Below, piece by piece: positions 54,150 through 64,000 of a stretch of 64,000 nucleotides of DNA (positions within the stretch are counted from its first letter, which is position 1; each line of letters starts with the position of its first letter). This DNA is from Octopus vulgaris (lineage: Eukaryota), in the NCBI GenBank assembly GCA_951406725.2, contig OX597816.1:173166001-173230000 (forward strand), written 5' to 3'. The notes beneath the pieces are model-generated. The model was not told the DNA's origin and did not search any database. It saw nothing but the letters and a program-made list of their open reading frames with translations. A program made the position numbers and the translations under genes.

Positions 54150-54548
54150 GACAGGAGTGGCTGTGTGGTAAGTAGCTTGTTTACCAACCACATGGTTCCG
54201 GGTTCAGTCCCACTGCGTGGCACCTTGGGCAAGTGTCTTCTACTATAGCCTCGGGCCGACCAATGCCTTGTGAGTGGATTTGGTAGACGGAAACTGAAAG
54301 AAGCCCGTCGTATATATGTATATATATATGCGTGGGTGTGTTTGTGTCTCTGTGTTTGTCCCCCTAGCATTGCTTGACAACTGATGCTGGTGTGTTTATG
54401 TTCCCGTTACTTAGCGGTTCGGCAAAAGAGACCGATAGAATAAGTACTGGGCTTACAAAAGAATAAGTCCCGGGGTCAAGTTGCTTGATTAAAAAAGGCG
54501 GTGCTCCAGCATGGCCGCAGTCAAATGACTGAAACAAGTAAAAGAGTA
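54150..54548 (+). mobile_element. SINE family A
   Basis: Full-length match. Confidence 0.9.
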
Positions 54549-55651
54549 TATAATTGTAGTTGGTGGTAGGTACTAAAAGAGAATGACTCTCCCCAGTTAA
54601 TAAAACTAGATGTTTTTTTTTTTTGTTTATTCTGTAGGTCTACTCTGACTATAAACATCTGTCATTAAAAATGTTCCAGCTGTGGCTATCAGTCATAGTG
54701 TATGTGGGACTACATTATCCAGTGCATCTGTCTCTTTTTAGCAATACACTAAACCACCTTCAACTACCACAACAGTAGTAGTCCTTGTTTTCGCTTCATA
54801 TTCTGCCTCTCACATTTGTTTGCCAATACATTTTTCCTTGGCACAACCAACCATATTTGTGTATCTTTATTCACTACTACTCTCATTTATCCTACGACTC
54901 TATCATCACCACATTCACTTCCTACTGTAAACAGCCTTTCAAGAGTAAATCTGTTCCATGTTGATTCCATTACGATCTTTCATACATAGCACTGCTTTCC
55001 TTCTTCAATACTGGTACTACCAGCCTTCCATACATGGCAGCCCAATTCTTCTTCAGTCTAGCAGCTCCTTATTTCAACTCTTGCACTTTCACCTGCTTCC
55101 TTTTCTAACTTTAATACAGTTGACTTCCCATAACCTTGTCTTCCTACCTCCAATCTTTCCATATGTGGCAAATCCTTCCTATTTCAATCATGGCACTGCC
55201 AAACTTCTGTCCATGCTTTTCCCCTGTTTAACCATCACACTGTCATTGTTCCCTACAAGATAACCATCTTCTTTCTCTTAACCTTTGCCACACTACCAGT
55301 AATATTCAATGGGTCATCCTGTCACTGCTAGTCAATCCAGAGTTCCCTAATGTCAATATAGGTCAAGCAGTATTGACATTATGGTAGCTGGTGATTGCTA
55401 AATAAAGGTTCTTGTTTAGCTTCAATGGGCTGATTTGTAATCAAAGTTATTCAACTGTGACCATCCTACCATTTATTTATTTTCAAATGTTGCATATCTG
55501 ATTGTATTATCCAATATATTATTCCTCTTAAGTTTTCCTTAGGTCTGGACAAGCCAGGGCTCAAGAAAATTTACTGACCAACTGCATCCTGATGGTTTTA
55601 TCACTCTTGGCCTTTCATTGCCTATTCAGCTGGTGCACCTTCTTACATTAT

Positions 55652-55871
55652 TCTTTACTCTTTTACTTGTTTCAGTCATTTTGACTGCGGCCATGCTGGA
55701 GCACCGCCTTTAGTCGATCAAATCGACCCCGGGACTTATTCTTTGTGTAAGCCCAGTACTTATCCTATCGGTCTCTTTTGCCGAACCGCTAAGTAACGGG
55801 GACATAAACACACCAGCATCGGTTGTCAAGCAATGCTAGGGGGACAAACACAGACACACAAACACACACAC

Positions 55872-55933
<62 letters not shown>

Positions 55934-56095
55934 TACGACAGGCTTCTTTCAGTTTCCGTCTACCAAATCCACTCACAAGGCATTGGTCGGCCCGGGGCTA
56001 TAGCAGAAGACACTTGCCCAAGATGCCACGCAGTGGGATTGAACCCGGAACCATGTGGTCGGTTAGCAAGCTACTTACCACACAGCCACTCCTGC
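55652..56095 (-). mobile_element. SINE family A
   Basis: Full-length match. Confidence 0.9.
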
Positions 56096-57154
56096 AGCTT
56101 TCTAATAATATATATGCAGAGTATTTCCCAATCCACAATTTGGAGGACATACCAGATGTCGATGGAGCTCTGGAACTTGTTTGTATAAGTTAGTTGGGTG
56201 TGATTTGATGGAAATTTTTAACAACTGTTTCTACCAGTTTGATCAACCATATAGAAGCATGCTCACTGGCTTCTGAAATAGAAATAAGCAATGTTAGATT
56301 GGGTATAGGATGGTAGTGGATGCTATCTGAAGTAGAGGTTTATGATAGTTGTTAGCAACTAAATTAGGAGTAAGTTATGTTGCTATAGTGGTGTGTGGCA
56401 GTGGATGGTAACCATAAGCAATTGAAAATAATGGGAGGTAACTAAAATGTTAGTATCGTTGCACCCCATCCACATTTGCCTGCCAATATGGTAGCTTTTG
56501 AATCTTTTTCCTTAATCCCTCCTCTCACTCTTTCTCTTTCCATGGGGCATACCTGTTTTACAGGCATTAACTGCTATAGAGTCTGAAGATTCATGATTTT
56601 TATTACGAAAGATTCAGTAATGTTTTTCCATTGCCTTCTGCCAGTTTATTTACAGTTTATTCTGCTAGTCTTCTTTTCTCCAGAGCTTTCCCTTTAGGTG
56701 CAAAGTGTGTCTAATCCTTTAGGCCAGGGAACTGATTCATATAACATCAGTGTATGTCCACACACCAGTGGGCTGGTATGACAGATGTCTAGTGACCAGC
56801 CCTTCACCAAATCCAGTATGCCTTAGCCATTGGGCCATCTGCTCTTTTATCTAATAACTTGGGTTCTTAATAGATATTACTACCTGAAGCCAGAGTGGAA
56901 CCAGGAGTAGTAGTAACTAAGGAGTAACTCCATACTCCCCAAGTCTCCTAAACTCCCAAGCTGGAGCCTCTCCACCAGATGCAGTTTAACGTCTTGCTTA
57001 GGACATATTTTAACCTCACTAATTAATAAAACTTCTGTTTATCCTTTTAGTTTTGTTTTCTGATGATGAATAGCAGAATACTCTTCCTAGTCTTCTTTAT
57101 TATCATCATCGGGTGTATCTTTATTAATTCAGCATTTGTTTTGTGACTGCAAAG

Positions 57155-57680
57155 ACCCGGGCTGCTTCCTACACCAGTTCCACATAGCCCCTGCCCATTC
57201 AAAGTACCCTGGATTCCAGAATGTCCTGCCGTTGAGTCAAGTACATGAACATGAACATCGAAATAAATATCAATGGAAATAGTAGTTGTGATACCTGTGC
57301 CAGTGGCACATAAAAAGCACCATCCGAACGTGGCCGTTGCCAGCGCCGCTTCGACTGGCTTCTGTGCGAGTAGCACATAAAAAGCACCATCCGAACGTGG
57401 CCGTTGCCAGCGCCGCCTTGTCTGGCTTCCGTGCCCGTGGCATGTTAAAAGCTCCAACTGATCGTGGCCGATGCCGGACCCCCCTGGCACCTGTGCAGGT
57501 GGCACATAAAAAGCACCCACTACACTCGCGGAGTGGTTGGTGTTAGGAAGGGCATCCAGCTGTAGAAACTCTGCCAGATCAGACTGGAACTGGTGCAGCC
57601 CCTGGCTTCCCAGACCCCGGTCGAACCGTCCAACCCGTGCTAACGCGGAAAACGGACGTTAAACGATGATGATGATGATA
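57155..57680 (+). mobile_element. RTE LINE 3'UTR fragment
   Basis: Related to 49900-50430, with tandem units and (GAT)n tail. Confidence 0.82.
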
Positions 57681-58883
57681 CTACTGTGCTTTGGACAATC
57701 CTGCATTCACTCCATGCATTTCCATCTACAATCATCATAAACATATTTAGGTTCAACTTAAAGTAAGTTGATCCCATGTTTTCTGCTAATAATTTCTTCC
57801 ATTGTCATCTCATTATCATCATTACCACCATTAATACTGACTTGCGACGCCTTTATCTGTTCTCCATCACATCCCTCACCTGTATAGTCACTGTAATATA
57901 CATTAGCTAGTGTATTGTCAATATTGTGCAATATGAATGTGGTGTGGTAGGTAACTATCATCATTATTATTATAGTGGAAAATAGCCTAATCAGGAGAGT
58001 CTCAGACTTAATACTTTGTGTTATTTAGTTACTAGTCATTCTGATTTCAAATCACTCTGGTCTTGACTTCATATTTAATCATTTCAGGTCAATAAAATTA
58101 GTTTTAGTCAGGAGGTCAATATTGGTAAACTCTCCTCCTAAATTGGTTTTGACTTTGTCTTAAGCATTCCAGAAAGTCAATAAAATAAAGTAATGTTGCT
58201 TCAAAATATTGACTGTACCCTTGTGGAATTGTGCCAGGGTTAAAAATTATTAATAAAAGCAATGGATTGACAGAAAATTGATAGAATTGTAGACTAAATA
58301 TCTTGGGTTTGCCCCTCCATGTTTTAAATTCAAACCTCTCCAAATTGACTTTATTTTTGATGCCTGGCTTGATAAAATTAGCATCAATTATCTACTGCCA
58401 GCCAATTCTATCAACATAAACTTCTCCCCTCTGACAAATATGTGGCTTTGATCCAATGTAGAAAAACATTATTCAGCTAGTAATGGGGAGTGATCAGCTG
58501 AAATACTTAGGTACTAACTTTAGGATTTCCTTTGCCTATCATTGTTTCTAAAGGGTTGGGCTATTACTAGTAACAGGAGGCATGATTTGAACTCAGGACA
58601 TAGAGAGCTGAAACATATGTCAATACATTACATTGAATTGGTATTTTTATATCACTCTCAAAACTTCACTTAGGCAGGATTTGAACTTGGCATGCAGAAA
58701 GCTGGAACTAATACTGTTAGGCATTCTATCCATTGTTCTATCAATTCTGCCAATTATATCGTTATCATCATCCTCGTCATCATTTAACATCCATGTTGCA
58801 GCCTTCTGCCCAGCCAGCTCCTGTCAAACCATTCCACCCATGCCAGCATGGAAGGCGGATGTTAAACGATTATAATGATGATA

Positions 58884-59110
58884 GGCGGCGAGCTGGCAGA
58901 CTCGTTAGCACGCCGGGCGAAATGTGTAGCCGTATTTCGTCTGCAGCTACGTTCTGAGTCCAAATTCCGCCGAGGTCGACTTCGCCTTTCACCCTTTCGG
59001 GTCGATTAAATTAGTACCAGTTACGCACTGGGGTCGATGTAATTGACTTAATCCCTTTGTTTGTCCTTGTTTGTCCCCTCTATGTTTAGACCCTTGTGGG
59101 CAATAAAGAT
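58884..59110 (+). mobile_element. SINE family B
   Basis: Full-length match, flanked by GATTAT(A/G)ATGATGAT. Confidence 0.88.
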
Positions 59111-60166
59111 ATAGATTATGATGATGATGTCCCATGCTAGCATGAGTTGAATAGTTTGACAAGAATCTAATGGGTCCAAGGACAGCATTGTGCTCCAGTG
59201 CTGGTGGTACACTCTCTATGTCCTGAGTTCAAATCTTGCCTCCTGTTACTAGTAAAAACCCAACCCTTTAGAAACAATGATAGGCAAAGGAAATCCTAAA
59301 GTTAGTACCTAAGTATTTCAGCTGATCGCTCTCCATTACTAGCTGAATAATGTTTTTCTACATTGGATCAAAGCCACATATTTGTCAGAGGGGAGACGTT
59401 TATGTTGATAGAATTGGCTGGCAGTAGATAATTGATGCTAATTTCTATGGTTGGATGCCCTTCCTAACAGCAACCACGTTACAGCATGTAGTGGGTACTT
59501 TTTTGTACCACTGTCTCTACTGATGTTGCCATACAGCTTGCAAGAGTATAGAACCCCAGTGAATGAGGGTATGTTTTATGCTAGGAGACAAAGTGTAAAA
59601 GTGAGAGAAGAATGGTAGGGGCAGAAAAATTCTTGTAAAGCAGCTGCATGGCTACTCACATTCAGAAGAGAGAAAGAGAGAAAGAAAGAATGATCTGTCA
59701 GAGCTGCAACAAGATAAATAGTAGAAATAAAGGGTCCAGGTGGTCCCTCGAGGCACAAGGTGAGTAAAAGTGAATTGGTGGAGAATTTGCAAGATTCTAT
59801 GAAGAGCAGGATATGTATGTGTCTGACTGTATGTATGTTATGATGTATGTATATATGTATACAGTGCCTTGAAGGACAACATGGACCCCTCATCTCCTCT
59901 ATTTATCTCTTTGCAGCTCCTTCAAATCATTCTCTCTCTACTCTACTAAATGTGAGTACCCAAGTAGCTTATCTACAAGGACCTTCTCTGAACCCCCACC
60001 CACCATCACCACCTCCTCTCCTATTTCAACCTCTCATCCGCTATCTAAAGCCAAAACCTTCTCTCTTGGGGTTCATAGTCTTACAAGCTGCATAGTACCT
60101 CAGTAGTGCTGGTGGTACACAAAAGCACTCAGCACACATTGTAAAGTGGTTGGCACTGAGCAAAAA

Positions 60167-60201
60167 CTGTCCGAATGGCAACGGGAAACTCAGAGTAACA
60201 G
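60167..60201 (+). ncRNA. Degenerate hammerhead motif in a short element ending at (TA)n (about 60160-60309)
   Basis: Stem I CTGT/ACAG, CCGA (rest of core missing), GAAA, stem III ACTC-A-GAGT, GUA triplet. Confidence 0.4.
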
Positions 60202-60518
60202 GTTTTGTTGAATTTTCTGCTGCTTTGAATAAAGCATATTACTCTACCACTGGTATTTGAGTAGTACTCTTTTTTCCACCTTGTTTCACATTTATGTGTT
60301 TACTCCGGTATATATATATATATATATATCAGAAATACTAAATTTCTAAATCTCTAGTAGAGACATGTACGGTGGTGGGGCGATAGAATGGTTGTATACT
60401 GTCAATCTAACGTGAACGTGACAGTAGGGGGGTACACCACCGCTGTTTAGCCCTAGGAAGCATCGATGCCTCCTGATGGCTTTGACACATTTTTTTTTTC
60501 ATATATATACACAGGAAA

Positions 60519-60558
<40 letters not shown>

Positions 60559-60687
60559 GAAAATGTGTATAGGACACAGGAAAGATGTGTCAAAGCCATC
60601 AGGAGGCGTCGATGCTTCCTAGGGCTAAACAGCGGTGGTGTATCCTCCCCTACTGTCATGTTCGTGTTAGATTGACAGTATACAACC

Positions 60688-60735
<48 letters not shown>

Positions 60736-61086
60736 TACACACACACACACACCTTTTCCTTAGCAACAAAGTTTTGTTCTGTTGTTGTTATTTGCCATTG
60801 CTGTTGTTTATCATCACAATATGATATTTGCTGAAAACCTGTATTAAATTTACCTGTTGTTGAACAATTGTCTGTTCTGAGCACCTGTCAACCAGATTAA
60901 TTTTTTTCTCTCCTTACTAAATTATTCCTAGTTCTTCTTCCGCAGCTGTATTGACGTTGGACTTAAAACTATTACATTATTGATTTATATCCCTGTTTGA
61001 CATAACTGACACAATGTTTATTATACACGTGCTATCTCGCTAACTTCCTTCTTCATTTGCCTATTATTTGCATGTGTGGGTGTGTA

Positions 61087-61484
61087 ACTCTTTTACTCTT
61101 TTATTTGTTTGTCATTTGACTGCGGCCATGCTGGAGCACCGCCTTTAGTCGAGCAAATCGACCCCGGGACTCATTCTTTGTAAGCCCAGTACTTATTCTA
61201 TCGGTCTCTTTTGCCGAACCGCTAAGTGACGGGGACATAAACACACCAGCATCGGTTGTCAAGCAATGCTAGGGGGACAAACACAGACACACAAACACAT
61301 ACACACACATATACATATATACGACAGGCTTCTTTCAGTTTCCGTCTACCAAATCCACCCACAAGGCATTGGTTGGCCCGGGGCTATAGCAGAAGACACT
61401 TGCCCAAGATGCCACGCAGTGGGACTGAACCCGGAAGTATGTGGTTGGTTAGCAAGCTACTTACCACACAGCCACTCCTGCGCC
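61087..61484 (-). mobile_element. SINE family A
   Basis: Full-length match. Confidence 0.9.
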
Positions 61485-61611
61485 TATTTATATAAGTAAA
61501 TGAATGCATGGTTAAGGAGTTTTCTGTACAAACACATGGTTCTAGGTTCCATACCATTGTGATCACCTTGGATTTTTCAACACTCTGGGCTGATAAAATT
61601 AGTACTAGTCA

Positions 61612-62010
61612 TATCATCATCATCGTTTAACGTCTGCTTTCTATGCTAGCATGGGTTGGACGGTTCAACTGGGGTCTGGGAAGCCCGAAGGCTGCACCAG
61701 GCCAGTCAGATCTGGCAGTGTTTCTACAGCTGGATGCCCTTCCTAATGCCAACAACTCCGTGAGTGTAGTGGGTGCTTTTTATGTGCCACCGACACAGGT
61801 ACCAGACGAGGCTGGCGAACGGTCACGCTCGGATGGTGGTTTTTATGTGCCACCGACACAGGTGCTAGACGAGGTTGGCGAACAGTCACGCTCGGATGGT
61901 GTTTTTTATGTGCCACCGACACAGGTGCCAGACGAGGCTGGCGAATGACCATCGACGGATGGTGTTTTTTATGTACCACCGACACAGGTGCCAGATGAGG
62001 CTGGCGAAGG
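61612..62010 (-). mobile_element. RTE LINE 3'UTR with about 60-bp tandem units
   Basis: Reverse complement of about 50040-50430. Confidence 0.88.
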
Positions 62011-62726
62011 TAATTCAAGCTTTTATATTATCCCTGCCTCTACTCTCTGCATTTTTGCCTTATACTGAGCTAATGTAAATATGAACAGTGTGATGCATCT
62101 TTTATCTTTTACTTGTTTCAGTAGCCATACTGGGACACTGCCTTGAAGGGTCTTACTCAAACGAATTGACTCTACGACTTTTTTCGGTCTCTTTTGCCAC
62201 TAAGTTACAGGGACATAAACACACCAACACTGGTTGTCAAAGCAGTTGGGGGCGGGGAGACAAAGACACACACACACTCACATACAACAGGTTTCCTACA
62301 ATTTTTATCAACCAAATCCACTCACAAGGGTTTGTTTGGCCTGGGGCTATAGTAGAGGACACTTACCCAAGGTGCCACACTGTGGGACTGAACACAGGAC
62401 CATGTGTTTGGGAAACAAGATTCTTACTACACAACTATGTATTTGCTGTTAGTGGCAGAAGCAGCCTTTGTAACAAATATTAATTTGCACATCCATCTTA
62501 ATTTGGATGTATCGTTAAGAATGCTGTAGATTGCAGTAATTATCCAGGGAAATCATTCCATATAGGCGTTAGGTGCTACAAAAGTACAGATCATATCAGT
62601 TGATAAAATTTTGCCAACACCTGTAGATGGGAGAGTTGTATCATGTGATTTCAGTGCAAATTGCTAATCATTAGCAATAGACACCCAAGCACCAAATGCC
62701 AGATTGAAAATCCATCAAACTGATAT

Positions 62727-62942
62727 ATATTTCTTTACTACCCACAAGGGGCTAAACACAGAGGGGACAAACAAGGACAGACAAAGCGATTAAGTCGATT
62801 ACATAGACCCCAGTGCGAAACTGGTACTTAATTTATCGACCCCGAAAGGATGAAAGGCAAAGTCGACCTCGGCGGAATTTGAACTCAGAACGTAACGGCA
62901 GACGAAATACGGCTACGCATTTCGCCCGGCGTGCTACCGTTT
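62727..62942 (-). mobile_element. SINE family B
   Basis: Core and tail match family B. Confidence 0.88.
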
Positions 62943-63323
62943 AACTCAGATATAGTTTAACTCGGAGTAAACAGCCAGTGATGTTGCTGAAAAAGCTGTG
63001 TATAAAGTAGCTACAAGAAATGGAAGCAGCCTTTATAACAAATATTAGGTTGCACACCCAACTTAACTTACTCTATCACTGACTGTTTATTCAGTGCTAA
63101 ACTGCATTAGTTCGATGGGTTTTCTATCTTGCATTCAGTGCTTGGGTGTCTGTTGCTGATGATTCGCAATTTACACTGAAATCTCATGATGCAACAATCC
63201 TATCTGCCAGTGCTGATGAAATTTTGTCAACCAATACAATCTATACTTTTTTTGACACCTAATTTCTATACAAGATGATTTCTCAGGACATTTACTGCAG
63301 GTTGCAACAGCCTTCACAACACA

Positions 63324-64000
63324 CTAGGTTGTCAAGAAAGTTCTTGTGGTTTTTAACCTTTAAATTCAGATGCACATATCTCGGCTCAAACAAAACTTTA
63401 TTAATCGAAGTAAACACCATCAGAATCAACACACTTTTGCCAACACGAAACCAGTTTATTTATGCCTGTAGAATAAAAATCCTGCATTCTGGTGGTGATG
63501 AAGTCGTTGAAGGTATGCTTGGTATCGTCTTGGTTTTTGAAGCATTTCTCATGTAGGAAGTTGTCAAAATGCTTGAGAAAGTGGTAGTCGGTAGGTGAGA
63601 GGTCTGGTGAGTATGGCAGATGAGGCAGAGTTTCATAGTCCAATTCGTTCAACTTCTGTAAGGTCAGTTGTGCGACGTGCAGCCGAGCGTTGTCATAAAG
63701 AAGAATTGGTCCTTTTCTGTTGACCAATGCTGGCTGTTGTTGTCAGAGTTTCTTATGTATTTCATCCATTTGCTGACAGTACTTCTCCATCGTAATGGTT
63801 TCGCCTGGATCCTAAAAGCTGAGATGGATGAGACCAGCTGCAGACCACCAAAGTCACCATGAACTTCTTTTGGTGCAATTTTGGCTCCGGGAAGTGCCAT
63901 GGAGCTTCATCGGCATCCAACCACTGAGCTGAGCATCATCAGTTGTCGTAAAGAATCCACTTTTCATTGCAAGTCACAATCCAGTCAAGAAAGGGGTCAT
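63324..64000 (-). mobile_element. Mariner (cecropia/Hsmar1-like) transposase pseudogene, runs off the window
   Basis: NRKGPILLYDNARLH..LQKLNEL..YSPDLSPTDYHF. TIR-like TAGGTTGTCAAGAAAGTTCTTGTGGTTTTT. Confidence 0.9.

Noticed and set aside
54637-54700. Strong acceptor-like site as exon 2 of the 44323 gene
   Set aside because: The phase-1 reading hits TGA after three codons.
62450-63310. Possible ancient coding or retroelement sequence
   Set aside because: No diagnostic motif could be read with confidence.

Overview
Eukaryotic, repeat-saturated, mostly intronic/intergenic DNA. The SINE families, RTE 3'UTRs and dense (TA)n/(CATA)n tracts point to an octopus (coleoid cephalopod) genome; this is an inference from repeat content. 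Most long ORFs in the track are microsatellite artefacts. Supported mobile content: a near-intact Neptune-like Penelope-like element (PLE; RT plus GIY-YIG) between identical 500-bp inverted pLTRs; a decayed, internally inverted second PLE; CR1, RTE and CRE LINE remnants; three Tc1/mariner relics; hAT and Merlin-like MITEs; three non-autonomous Helitrons; three tRNA-derived SINE families. Possible host coding sequence: one probable exon (UPF0449/C19orf25-like) and three low-confidence minus-strand exons. Main observations: (1) seven or more minimal type-I hammerhead-ribozyme folds with non-standard cores, including a compensatory G3-C8 swap, mostly in short cassettes beside microsatellites or fold-back DNA; (2) a candidate -1 frameshift joining the PLE upstream ORF to an ATG-less RT frame; (3) many local inverted or templated duplications; (4) a phase-compatible exon chain whose one donor reads AT instead of GT, possibly repaired by A-to-I editing (speculative). 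All alignments and folds were done by eye.
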